Assembly: GCA_026025075.1 (NCBI GenBank)
Contig: JAPEUI010000091.1
Span: 1 to 64,000, forward strand
From: Vezdaea acicularis
Lineage: Eukaryota
DNA: 64,000 nt
Direction: 5' to 3'
Positions 26,114-38,142 of this stretch are shown piece after piece; the first letter of the stretch is position 1; each line of letters begins with the position of its first letter. Under the pieces are notes generated by a model that was given only the letters and a program-made list of their open reading frames with translations, had not been told where the DNA came from and made no database searches. The position numbers and the translations under genes are program-made.

Positions 26114-28659
26114 TTAGGCCTTGACATTCTCCTTGCCACTCATCCTCGCTTTCTGCTTCTCTGCATTTCGTTGAGCCAATCTCTCCTTTGCTGCCGCCGC
26201 TCTATCCGGAGGTAGCAATGACCTTTTTGCTACCTTTTGGATTTCGACAGCCGAGGCAAGTCCATTACTCCTTCCAACGTTGCCGGTATTCCTATGGTTC
26301 TCCTGGAGCAAGTCATAGCTTTCATTGATTGGCATGAACGGCTGTATCTTAGGCGGGCTCGAAACTAAATTAAATATGGATGGCCGGGGTGATTCTTTGT
26401 ATATCATGCGCGCTTCATTTCTGGGCTTGGACGGGGAGGAGATGGAATTTTCGAGAGAGGGTAATTCTGCAAAGGAATTTTCAAGCTGCGAAGGCGGTCG
26501 ATGATCGTAGAAGCCACTTTCTTGAGTCTGAGAAGGTCGACGAGACTCGCCCGAAGCTATAGGGAGGTTATCGTAGCTCGTATTGATACTGAGATCGATG
26601 AGTGGAGACGCTGAGAGCTTTGTGACGTTCTGCGATACCACCTGCCGGGAAGTAGAAGCTGATGATTTCGTGTTGGATTGAGGGGCCTCTTCGCTGTCCT
26701 GTACCCCGGAGCCTAAATCATGTCTATGCTTGGAAGCCGAATAAGGGGCACCACGACGAGAGACATCTTTCATATCGCTCCTGAGATTTTGCCAGTCTTC
26801 CTTGATTCTCGCATTTTCAACCCGAAGGTCTGAGCATTCGTCTCGCGCCTTACGAAGGTCCTTCGCAGCTCTGCGTTGCTGCTCTTGAAGTTCAAGTGAA
26901 AGCCCAACAGACCCATCATTGGTAGCCCTTGATGGTTGTAGGGCTTGAACCTGCTCCTGGTGGTCTTTGAGGCTTTTCTGATGTTTTGTCATCAGTTCAT
27001 CGAGCTGCTTCCTCAATGACGCGATTTCTCCATTGCAGCCAGCTTTATCGAGGTCCGAGTAAGGGTTTACAAGTTCGTGATCAGACTTGGTTTTAAGGCC
27101 CTTGGCATAACTCTGGTATTTCTCCTCCATCTTCAAGCGCTCGGCCCGGGCGTCGGCTAGTCGCTCTTTAAAGTCCGCCTTCTGCGTCTCCAACCGCTCC
27201 TCTCTCTGTTTAAGCCTCTCCTCTTGAGTAGCTCGTCGAGTTTCGCTTCTATGTAAGTCTTCTCGTACTCTGCCAAGCTCTCGTTGCAAAGAATCCTTCG
27301 CCCGTTCAACCTCCTTAAGGGTATTGCTCATCTTTCTGGCGTTATCACGTGCCTCTCTGAGTTCTATTTGAAGCGAGTCAATCTCCTTTAATTGTTTCTT
27401 AGCCTGTCTGAGTTGATGAGCAGTCTCAGCAAGAGCCTCTTCGGTTGTTGGGGATGTAGGTTTCAATCTCGGTGGGCTTTTCAACTTCTCATTAGATTGA
27501 GCTTGCTGATCTAACTTTTCTTGAAGGACATCAACTTTCTCCTTGTACTCCATAGCTTTTGCGGTTTGACGGGTCAACTTTTTCATCAAGGCGGCGTGGT
27601 CGGGATCTGTTTCGTCCCCTGTTAGGCGAAATAGGGCAATCTCACTTGCAAGAGCCGATATCTCGCTTTCCATTCGGACTACTTTCTCTCGCTCTTCCTC
27701 AAGCCTTTCTGACAACTCCAAGGCCTCCGAATCTTTCTTTCGAGCATAGGACCTTGCCATTGCTTTGTATTTCAAGAGCTTCTTCATTTCTTCCTTCGTC
27801 CGCTCATGATGCCTCTCGTACTTTGACTTCCAGTGACGTCCTGAGCCAGATCGAGGTGCATCAAAGTCGATTGTAATGTCCGCGTCCTCGTCTCCCGGTC
27901 TTCCGACAATCAAAGTACCTTCCCGGGCATGTCCATTGAGTCTAAATCTTGCCTTATGAAGCTTTCCTGTAGGCCTATCGCGTTCCTCATTCACAATCGC
28001 ATTATCATTATCCTCTTCTCGATCTTCGGATGAGTTCTGATTCCCCGGACACGAGTCTTCGTGTGATTCTCGAGCTTCGTAGAGTATCTTTGTCAAGTTG
28101 GTTCGATTCCTTTTAGATGCTACGATGTCTGTGTCCGTCTTTGGAATCCAAGGGCTTGGAAATTTTCCAGGAAAGTCATTTGGCAGTCCGCTCTTTCTAC
28201 CATATCCGGACTGTTTGTCTTCATTGTCTTTAACAGCCATGCCAAACGATACCGTTTTCCGTCTTGCAGCTCCTGTTCCTGGGGTTAAGAGGATGCCCGC
28301 AGGTTTGGATGGTGAAGTTGGGTCAAAGAACCCTTGTTGAGCCTTTAAGTCAAGGCCAGACCGCGGTCTTGGATTTTGAGGGTCTTCTAGCTTCCTATGC
28401 ATAGCCCTCGCATTGTCCATATGATCTTGTAGTCTTTGGTCTTCAAGCTTTGGTGAGCCGAAGATTGCCGTCTTGAACGCGCGCATCGCAAATACGGGAG
28501 CCGGCGTCTCTGGGGGTTCATTGATGGAATCCATTGTGCCTGATGGCGATTGAATAAGCTTATTTGCAACAACAGAGATTGAGATGTTCCCGCACCTTGT
28601 ATCATCCCACCACCAGCAAAATCGTCGAGACGGGAGGGTCCCGTGAGCCAGCTAAGCAT
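26114..28659 (-). CDS. cut12: Spindle-pole-body-associated Cut12-domain coiled-coil protein; complement(join(26114..28539,28596..28659))
   Basis: EPPETPAPVFAMRAFKTAIFGSP, GILLTPGT..RRKTVSF, PGKFPSPW, PRSGSGRHWK and a long coiled coil. An upstream exon MLSWLTG... splices in frame through GTGCGG..CAG. Confidence 0.82.
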
Positions 28660-28940
28660 TAAGATTACCGATGATTGCCAAAAGAGAAAGAGTGTTAGAA
28701 ATGGTCAACAGCTGCCGTAGAGTTCGATGCCCTTAAAATGTCGGATGATTATAGGTTGTTAAGTTCGCGGTTGCTGAACTCTTTTGTTTACGCGGTTCGA
28801 GGAGCTCTTAGCCAATCGGAGTGCTTAGCGAGTCACGAGCGAGCAGCGCATTGCTCACCATAATCACTTAGCGAGGGTTTGACAGTCCTCAACAGGTAGG
28901 ATTCCGCGTTTGATAAGGAGAAATATCTTTGGTGGTAAGG

Positions 28941-29992
28941 ATGGAATACGATCAGCCCCTTGATGCTGTTGGAGGTGTAGTTGTCTCTTGGTACACCCGG
29001 CTCTCCTCAATACGCGTAAATTATCGCATCACCTTTAGACTAATGATTCTGCAGGATGTTAGGTCTCGCATAGTAATGGTCTCCCGGTGCCCCATCTGCT
29101 CCATGTACTGAATCAGAATCGAATAGCTTTCTCTGCTGGAGTCTCTCCTTCTATCCGCAGCCGATACTCAATTATCGCCGTAAGTCTACAAGTGGGCTCG
29201 CGATAGACTTCCCGACTATCAACGTACTTGGCTTCATTTGTTACTCCATCACGACTTCAGTATTCCTTTTCTCACCAACTATCCGTGCTCAATATGCACT
29301 ACGCCACCCAAACTCTAATGCAGATGACCTGCCCCACATGCCTACTGTGGCACCAGCTGATCTAGCATTTGCTGTACATGCTGTTATACTTAGTGCTCTG
29401 ACTTATACACAGTTTTGGCCACGTCTATGGGGATTCAAGACTTCGTTGCGTCAGAAGATAAGTCGACCAATTATGGGGATCTTGGTTGGAAGTATATTAG
29501 CCATCCTCGCGGTGGTCCTCATCGTCGCAATTAAAGGCAGGAACGGAGGATATGATGCTCGTGGTTGGGCTTGGATTGACGTGGTTCGTTTTTAGTCCAG
29601 GACCCTTTGGACAAGACTCGGAAAAGCTGACTGAGATGCACAAGATCTACACGGTAGGCTATGTAAAGCTTCTGATAACCGTGGTGAAGTATTGCCCACA
29701 GGCATGGGTAAACTACAAGCGAAAGTCTACCGTCGGTTGGAGCATATATCAAATATTACTCGATGTCTTCGGTGGCATATTCTCATTACTGCAGCTCTTC
29801 CTCGATTCATATATGCAGGGAGACTGGTCCGGTGTGACAGGAAATCCAGTCAAGTTCGGATTGGGCAATATCAGCATCGCCTTCGATATCGTTTTCATGG
29901 TCCAACATTATTGGCTGTACCGAGGCGCTAGGCTGGCTAAGGAAGGGGAGCAACGGCCGCTGCTCCACCACGAGGAGGACTTAAGCTCGTAG
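28941..29992 (+). CDS. ERS1: Cystinosin-like PQ-loop vacuolar cystine transporter; join(28941..28990,29055..29072,29127..29583,29645..29992)
   Basis: [67 protein letters not shown]-terminal EQRPLL fits the [DE]xxxLL vacuolar sorting signal. Includes an 18 nt micro-exon. Confidence 0.93.
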
Positions 29993-31053
29993 GCGCGTAA
30001 TATGCGCCTGGTCTGATTGACGTCAATATATCGATGTTACCCTCGAGTCCCCAGATAAGCCAGACACTTGGGACGCGAGAATGGCGTTATCGAGTCCATT
30101 TGTACGTCGGGACATGGCAGGCTGGAAAGAAAATGTCTACAGCGGGCGCTGATTCCTTGATCCCTGAATTGGCGCAGAGTTGGCCGGGCCTTGAACAACG
30201 AATCTTATGCAGCAACTCCATCGGCATCTTCAACTTTTTCGCACAAAAATGTAGCAGACATTCACCTGATCACTATTCCGAAGACCTACACGGGCTAGTT
30301 GTCCTATCTTGAGATCATCTGGCCGACTACACATAATTAGACTTGCGAGGGGGAACCGACGGCATCTCGCAGAAGACATCTGATGGATGATGCTGCCGTC
30401 CCGCAGTTAAATATATCTCCATACGGATGATTTGGGGCCATGAGTGGGTCAAGATATGCCCATAATAGACACCCCAAGGGACCTCGACCCTTCGACCTTC
30501 CACCGAAATTCGCGGTGTGATAAGTCTCGCAGGAAAATAGCCGCAAATATATCCTTCCTGTTGGCACCAAAAAGAACCATGTTGGGACGGAACAGAGTTG
30601 CAGCTGTTGGTGGTGATTGAAGCCCGTGATTGGCCGTCAAGAAGACTTACTATCCCTTGAGCAGCCAATGAGCTAGCTTGATTTATGCGAGACTCCCAAC
30701 TAGCGCGCGACTGGTGGCGCCCGCGCCTAAATTTAGGGTTGCGCGCATCAAAAAGCGACACCACGCGGGATGCAATTGGCACATGCAGCATGCCCATGAA
30801 AAGAGCGGGGATGCGAAGTTTCTAAGCTGGGAGCCGCCGGATTTGGCCTTGGAAGGACGTTTAATTCCGTTGACTCCCCAAGAAATCCGCAACCCTCTTT
30901 CTACCTTTCACCTTTGACCTTGACTCGGACTGCCTATCGATTGTCGACTTCGACAACGATCATATCGAGTCCTGACACTTCCTCTTCATTGAGAGAAGCT
31001 TTTCAAAGGTCCTAATACGCTGCGACTCTATCGTCGCAACACATACACATACC

Positions 31054-31620
31054 ATGTCGTCACGTCCAAAGCTATCCCTATCCCTCCCCTCCTCTCCAGC
31101 CCCCACCGTTTTAAAAGCTCAAGCTTTCCCTCGGGGCCTCCCTCCTCTTACTATCCCCGTTTCGACACCAATTATCAACACCTCCGCCGGGCTTACGCCA
31201 CTCTCACCCCTGACCGCGACACCGAATCCCCTCGTCAACAGTGGCAGCCAAGGCACAGCAACGCTGACCCCAACAACATATAACACGCGACAAAACTCGC
31301 TTCCCTTAGCCTCCTCGCCGCTCCCAGCTGTCCTCCCTCAGTATCCCGTCTACCCAGCGCCTTCGCAAACCACAAGATCAATCCTCAAGCACAGACGGCG
31401 CGCAAGCTGGTGCGCGACACCCACGAGCAGCAGCTCATCCTGCAGCAGCGTCTCCAGCTGCGACGGCGACGGTAATGTCGGTGAGCGCGTGCGGTTCATG
31501 GAAAACCCAGTCGTGTTCTGCATCACACCTGTCGCAAGGGAAGAGCGGGATTTGGTATACGGCGAGCGCATGGGCGGCCGGGAAGGAAGATGGATGAGCG
31601 CAAGCTGGGGCGAGGAATAA
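31054..31620 (+). CDS. Hypothetical S/T/P-rich protein, 188 aa
   Basis: ATG in ACC-ATG context; single ORF; disordered composition with RSILK and RVRF short motifs. No recognised domain. Confidence 0.65.
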   Translation: MSSRPKLSLSLPSSPAPTVLKAQAFPRGLPPLTIPVSTPIINTSAGLTPLSPLTATPNPLVNSGSQGTATLTPTTYNTRQNSLPLASSPLPAVLPQYPVYPAPSQTTRSILKHRRRASWCATPTSSSSSCSSVSSCDGDGNVGERVRFMENPVVFCITPVAREERDLVYGERMGGREGRWMSASWGEE

Positions 31621-32458
31621 CATCGCCAATAAAGGCGACGATCGCCGACTGGGATCTGAATAATCGGATGCCCAACTCTTGATGGGACCTATTCGACGTC
31701 TCACCTTCCTTCTCTACTACATTGGCGTCTTAGGAGGTTTGGGGCTTTGGAAATGGGTCGGATGTGCGAACGGACTCACTATCTGAGTAGCGAAACCTCT
31801 GTTGCGAAGGAAGCTTCATTTATTGGAATAGGTGCCAGGGGCCTGGGAAAGGGACGTTCCGTCGATACAACGACGAGATGAGATACTTCACCACGAGTTC
31901 GGCGACAGAGTCGCTATGTAGATATGTCGGGTCTAGACCCCACGCAACCGGCTGTTTAGCGCTGGTCATGAATCAAAGAAAGTTTTCTGGGAATACCTTG
32001 CTTCTGGGTGATGCAGTGACTACGTGAAGGCGGACTGTTGATGTGCAGTCTGTTGTTTGGTCGTTGCTCACGTGGAGGCTTGGATGGTTAATGGCTTGTG
32101 TGATATGAGGCTGATTGTATTTGATGGGGCTTCTCCGGTCTTACGGGAGGTCGCCTATAGAGTGGCGGACGGATGACAGTAAGGGCGTCCATGCAAGGAG
32201 AAGCTGATGATGTGGTGGGATATTGGTTGCGACTGATTACAGGTCTATGGCTGCTGGTCTACTGCGATTGTGCGAAGCAACAGCAGTGCTCGTGCATGAT
32301 GTCGCATTTATGGGCTTGCCACAGGGATCACCATATCAAGTAGACACAAATGTTGTCGAGCAACTTTATTGAGATTAAAGAGCTATCTCTTCCCCAGCCC
32401 TCGGACCCCCTAACCTCCCCCTCTTACTCCAGCCGATACCTCCTTTTCATCTTCCCTT

Positions 32459-33175
32459 CTAGCAGACTAACCCCCTCTGCACCTCTCCGCGCTCCATACT
32501 CCCACCCCTCCTTCCCCTCTCATCTCCCACCTTGCCCGCCCCGACTTTAAACCCCATACGCCTTGCACTCTGACCGACTTCAGGACTCCTCCCCGCCACG
32601 ACCGTCAGCGCCTCCAGCACCTTCTGCTTGCCCCTACCATCCGTCTTCCCAAAGCCCAAGCGCTGCAAACTGCGACTACGGGCCCTGAGACCGCTCAATC
32701 CGCGCTCGATATCCCTCGGAAAGCGCTTCATGAGGAACAGCAGATCGGCGTCATCGCTGCTCTTGGCCCTGCCGGAAGCCGCGGCGAGCTTGCCCAGGAA
32801 GAGCTGGAAGGGCTCGAGGAAGGGCAGTTGCGCTCCGGAGGTGAAGTGGCGATGGTTCCAGGTTTGGGGAAAGGTGGGGCCGGTGTAGAAGAAGAACTCG
32901 ACGAGCACGAAGCTGCCGGGGATGCCGCTCCAGAGGAAGGCGACGTAGTCCTCGCGCGCTTGCGAGACTTCGAGGTAATGCGGAGAGGCAGCGGTGAGGA
33001 GCGCGACAAGGTCTGATTTGGTGGTGTGGATGAGGATGTCGAGGTCTTTGGTCTGGCGGGGGCATCCAAGGGTGGTGGTTGTGAAGCCGCCGAAGAAGGC
33101 GTGGGGGATGGAGTGGGAGCGGAGGAGGGATGTGGTGCGCAGGGCGCAGGTGAGGAGGGTATGAGGGTGGGGCAT
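32459..33175 (-). CDS. Nucleotidyltransferase-fold protein (AbiEii/DUF1814/MenT-like), intronless, ~238 aa
   Basis: FFGGF, RQTKDLDILI (RxTxDxD), VLVEFF and GKLAAASGRAKSSDDADL (KLxA...RxK..D..D). GC-rich ORF. The start is placed at the first ATG after a T-rich/C-rich leader; the ORF track starts at 33331. Confidence 0.72.
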   Translation of the reverse strand: MPHPHTLLTCALRTTSLLRSHSIPHAFFGGFTTTTLGCPRQTKDLDILIHTTKSDLVALLTAASPHYLEVSQAREDYVAFLWSGIPGSFVLVEFFFYTGPTFPQTWNHRHFTSGAQLPFLEPFQLFLGKLAAASGRAKSSDDADLLFLMKRFPRDIERGLSGLRARSRSLQRLGFGKTDGRGKQKVLEALTVVAGRSPEVGQSARRMGFKVGAGKVGDERGRRGGSMERGEVQRGLVC

Positions 33176-34821
33176 GTTGGTGTTGTTGGTTAGGCTGGGG
33201 TGCGGTTGATGGATTATGATGCGTGGGGGGGCAAAGTTGAAGAGGAAGAGGTTAGGTTCTTTGGGTTCCTTGGGCTTCGACTTAAATTTGTGGAAACTGA
33301 ATGAACGCCGTAGCAATGCTTGTTGATGCAATTGTGGTAATATAGTGAAATGTGCTGGTTAAAGATTGTGAGAGGCCTGAGTCCTCATAAGATGATCTTG
33401 ATATTCCGTTTTGTTTCGTCCTGCGAATGATATCCAGCCGTCGACATGCGCCGAATGAATGCTTTGAGATGTGTTTTAGTACTTGTTGGAGATATTGATG
33501 ATAAGTCCTTCAGGTCCAGCTTGAAGGTACAGGGAAGGCTCGTTGGTATCGAAAGGTAGCTTTTTTGGTCGATCAACGACTAAAAGAGTGAATCTAAGAA
33601 ACGCAAGGGAATGTAAAGTAAAGACAGTAACGAACTGATGCTCTAGAGAGACAAGACAAGGACCTTTACTCCGCAAGGAAATCCGTGGGTATTATACTGC
33701 GCCAAAGGAAATTTGATGTTTACTTCGTGAGGTCGTCAAATGGGCCTCATCGGCTTATGTAGCTCCACGTCACTTCTCGCAATGATCGGAGCAGCCCCAC
33801 CGAGATCTTCCACCAGTGGTCTGGGCCATGTGGGTCTCGTCCGGGTCAGGCCCAAACGACCGTGGTAATTGGGTCGTTTGAGGTCGTGGAGCGGGTGGGA
33901 TATTTTGAGAAACGAGTGGGCGCGTGGGCAAATTGCGTAGAGCCAGGGGGCAAGCTAAAAGCACTTGCCGAGCAAATCGCGATGAACGTCGTCCGGGAAG
34001 CTGCTGGTCGCGTCGATCGCCTTTCTCCGCCGATGCGGGTTTCGTCCTCAGCCAGAGCACGACTCCGCTCTTGCACTGGGTGCGTTTCGGTCGTGAAACG
34101 GGCCTCTCTCGGTGTGAGAATGTCTCTCCATCACTGTTCCGTCGTAGCGCCGGGTGCCGCTCGCAACGATCCGAACTTGGGGGTTGGGCGCTTGCGCTCC
34201 GGCATTTGTCCAACTGCCGCCTTCACCTTCACCTTCACCCACCACCGCACGCTCAATGTCGGACCGCCGTGCCGCGCGAGGTCTCCAGGGCACGAGCAAT
34301 GCGGTCTGAACTGGCAGGCTCAAGGCGAGTAATTTGTGAGAAGCCCAGGTGCGGAGAGAGCCATCTCCGACCGGGCTGGGCATAATCGCTTTGGACACGC
34401 GCAGACCAGTGCAGCGGGGCGGCCAAATAGCCAATTGTTGCTTGAGCGAACAGCGCCAGTCAGATATCAAGTCTCTCGAGCCGCTCGCGCTTGAAGTAAT
34501 CACAAAATAACGCGGCAAGCTACACGGCAGAGAGTGGACGATGTTAGCATGACCGGAGTTTGTAGATTAACTTCGCATGTGAACGACGAGTCGTCAGGAC
34601 CGGCAAGCGCGGGTAAAGTCTGAGAACGGCGCTCGCAATCCTTCTAAGATGATGAAGCATCGCTAGGGGGTTTTGTGGTAGGGAGATACGCGCTGTTAGC
34701 CGCCCCTTGCCCGTGAAAAGGCTCCTCAATCCTAGGCTGGGCGGCGCGCTATGAGATAGCGGTGGTTTGCGGAATTCTTCCGGTCCTATCAACACCGTCT
34801 TGAGCGCTTAAGGTGCATGAA

Positions 34822-35254
34822 CAACGGCCCTAAAGTTTGCAAAGACAGGCCGCGCCCTATTAGCCTGGGCAAAAGCCCTAGCTCTACTGTATTTGAGCAG
34901 ATGGCGGAATTGGCTCGTCACAATGTTGGTCAAGCTCTCCTAGAGACGTGAACCGATCTGCATGCTACAGAGCTGGAGGACAATAACGGCCTGCGGAGGA
35001 CGCTAGAGGTCGCATTGCATGTTGCTAAATGTGAATTGCGGGCCTCTGGTCGAACGATTTGACGCGGCGATACAAGGCAGGCCTATTAAAAACGCGGACC
35101 GCTGTTGTAACCGCCCATGCTACAAATTAGGCCTGTTGAGACAACCGCCAAACCCGTACTTCCCACAGCTATTCATACGGTCTGATTGAACTCATTGCTT
35201 TTCTTTGCCTTGCCCTCGGCCATCCCCAACCCAGAGAGGTCTGCCTGGCCGTTA
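34822..35254. promoter_or_regulatory. Cluster of five Myb-type YAACSGCC motifs upstream of the Myb gene
   Basis: CAACGGCC 34822, TAACGGCC 34984, TAACCGCC 35108, CAACCGCC 35142, GGCCGTTA 35247 (reverse strand). Confidence 0.5.
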
Positions 35255-35676
35255 CTTTTGATAGCCACGTTTCATGAGCCTCTGTATAGACCTCTGGCGT
35301 TTGCCCCTAGACCGGCCACGTACTTCCATACCATTCATGAGGACCCTATTCTCGTCTCAAGTTTCCCGGTTTCGACAGCAGCAATCGCATCGGGCGTCAA
35401 ATTTAGCCGGTGTCCCCTTGTTGTCCGATCTTCCTTGCGCCGCGCTGTGATATAAGTATGACCTAGGTCAGCCCCATTTACTTTCGAGTCATTCAGCCCC
35501 CAAAACACGTCCAATCATTGAAGCTTCCCACATATCTCATACTTTCCTTATATCAGTTTCCTTCCGTCACTCTTTCAGTACAATCAGAAAAGGAAGTCTT
35601 GATGTTGACGACCAATGTTATGCCGCAGTCTCTGGGTTACTACCTCCCACGCCCCTCATTAGTGCCTATCACCAAT

Positions 35677-36356
35677 ATGCAGCCCGCAGCTCCGCGAGCT
35701 GCTTCCGAAAAATGGAATGCGCAGGATGATGCCCAGCTTATGCAAGCTCGAGCTCAGGGACTCAACTGGGCTCCTCTCCAGAGCCGCTATTTTCCAACAA
35801 AGACGCCCAATGCTTGCCGCAAGCGTCATGAGAGACTCATGGAGAAGCGGAATTCCGAAGACTGGTCTCCAGAGAGAGTCGAAAATCTGGGAAAAGAGTA
35901 CTTGAATGTTAGGAAGGAAATGTGGAGTATTCTGGCAAGTAGGACAGGGGAGAGGTGGCAGGATGTCGAAAAGAAAGTGAGAATCCCTGTTCCATCCCTT
36001 TGCTATGATGGCCTCGAGAATATCTCCTCGGAGGAGCCTCAGGATTTCGTGTACCACACCACCACTAGGTACACAAAAAGGAATTCTATCAATGATCCTC
36101 TGACTGACGGTACTAGTGTTTGGAAAAGGGCCTGAAAAACCTGCAGGCTGCTGGTAGAGCGGCCTCTAAGAGAGAGCGGACCTTCGGCAACAATAGTGGA
36201 TTTGCCACCGGCGATAATGACTTTGATGCTGAAGGAGAAGACGATATCAGGGATCCTCATGATGAGGTCAGAGAAGACGGGCGGCAGAAAAGGGCTCGGA
36301 CGACGCTAGATCTATCAAGCACCGGTGATATCTTACACACTACACCACAACCATAG
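35677..36356 (+). CDS. Small two-repeat Myb/SANT DNA-binding protein; join(35677..35976,36117..36356); alternative in-frame ATGs at 35602 and 35620
   Basis: KWNAQDDAQLMQARAQGLNW....YFPTKTPNACRKRHERL, then a second repeat DWSPER...EMWSILA...GERWQDVEKKCLEKGLKNL. Intron GTGAGA..CTGAC..TAG. Confidence 0.88.
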
Positions 36357-36668
36357 ACGTTTACCGAAGCTGGATAGCTGGACAGATTGAGTTGGGGTTG
36401 ATTTTGAGGCTCTGGATCCTCAGATTGTCTAACGGGAGGATTTCGTGATTTAGCATTGCAGTTCATACCATGAGCGTGGCGTTTCGGCGGGTCTTTACGT
36501 TGCCTTGTTTGTTCCGCGGTTTGTAGTTGTCTCTAGTCCTAGGTGAATTTTTCACGCCAGCGTTATTGAGGGTGGTCCTTTCTCATCGCCCGGCGCGAGA
36601 GGGATATGCGGAGCAAGATATTGCACACGGAGGTGACCAAATTAGTCTTTCCATAGATACCGCGTAAT

Positions 36669-38142
36669 TCAGTGGCCCCAACACTTCCAACCGTTGGCGC
36701 CTAGTATTCCACCATCTAGTGCGTTAGGGTCGACTGACCACTTTCTCAGGGCTTTGCAAGATAAATCGGTTTCCCATCCCGCCTCAAACATCTCCATGCC
36801 GGCCCAAGCAATCATAGCGGCATTGTCGGTACAGAGTCTGGGTGGCGGGAAGATCAGTCGAATTTTTTGCCAACCCCTTGAGTCCAAATATTGTCGTAAC
36901 ACGTGCTTCAAGAATTGGTTTGATGCTACACCTCCGCTGACTACCAACGTTGCGATAGGGGCAGCGTCCGATTCATGTGCGATGGCATTCAGTCCCATGA
37001 CGACTCTGGAGGCCAGGTGCTCGAAAGCTACTCTCATCACCTCTCTAGCGAGATCGATTCGTTCAAGGTCCACAATATCTGGGCCAGCGCTCCTGACAAA
37101 CCTTTTAGTCGCACTTTCCAGACCAGAAAAACTATATTCCATAGCCTTCGACTTTGATCCTGATCTCGTCTCAGCTAGAGGCGGACCATAAGCCCACCCC
37201 CATGAGCTAGTCTTTCTCGTGAGCTCTTCTGCACGTGTGGCTGGTGCAAAATAGTCATAATCAGCTAGTCCGCTAGGGAATGCGAAATCTTCGAGCAACT
37301 GCCCATACATGGTATTCTCGGTTGATTGAAGAAGCTCAGCTGGGAGAACCAACCTTGCACATTTATCGATCATATCGCCAATGGCAATATCATGAGTAGA
37401 TGCCAGGATTTGATGGTCAACCAGCTCCTTCGAATGTACAAGCATGGTATGGCCGCCAGAGACAAGAAGAGAGAAGAACGGAAATTTTGGGTCAACTTTC
37501 TCGGCAACATCATTCTCAAGAGCTGCTACCAGTCTTGGCGTTAAAGCATGGGCTTGCATATGGTTGATTGCCACGAGAGGCCTTTGCCATGCTACTGCGA
37601 GTCCCTTCGCAGTATCTAGACCGGTGGACAAGCTTGACCGTATACCAGGGCCTCGGGTCACGGTGATGAAATCCGGCACTCGTTTCTCGGAGATGCCATC
37701 ACTGTCTTTCGACAGACGAATACCAACGCGGCCTCGGTATTGATCTATGGGAATTGGAAGATACCTCAGAGCTCGGCTTATGAGGTTTGCGAGATTCGTT
37801 TGGTGTGAATCTAGAGCTATGACAGGGTGAATGCCTTGGTATACTTGATTATTTGCAGTTATTCTCTCATGAAAGTGGAGAATTGCACCAGGAGTAGATC
37901 CTGGCTGGGGGTATGTTGAGCCATCAATTTTCTCTAGCAGGGCGACTGAAGTATCATCGCTTGACGTACGAGGTCAGTTTTTTATGGGTTGACATCGGCG
38001 CCTAGTCTAATGCTTACCAGGAAGTCTCGATTGCGAGTGTAAGTAACCCGCGAGTATGTCCTAATGCTCGACATATAGGGCTTCTAGAGAACCCTAGACC
38101 TCCTATCATTTCTGGGAAGAGTTGCTTGTAGTATATCATCAT
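36669..38142 (-). CDS. QRI7: Mitochondrial tRNA N6-threonylcarbamoyltransferase (Kae1/TsaD/Qri7 family); complement(join(36669..37959,38018..38142)); start could be 38109
   Basis: LTLAIETSCDDTSVA across the intron, VTRGPG, NHMQAHAL, LLVSGGHT, DIAIGDMIDK, SFSGL, VSGGVASN, CTDNAAMIAWAG. Confidence 0.93.

Noticed and set aside
28100..28110. GGTTCGATTCC tRNA T-loop / B-box-like motif
   Set aside because: Inside the cut12 coding sequence, with no acceptor, D or anticodon stems around it.
30497..30512. Minus-strand GAATTTCGGTGGAA, resembling the fungal RNase P CR-I motif
   Set aside because: Imperfect match, and I found no convincing partner strand for helix P4. An Rfam search would settle it.
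33770..34518. Several 140-156 aa overlapping ORFs in the GC-rich divergent region
   Set aside because: Open in several frames on both strands, as expected for GC-rich DNA; Arg/Ser/Pro-rich with no motifs.
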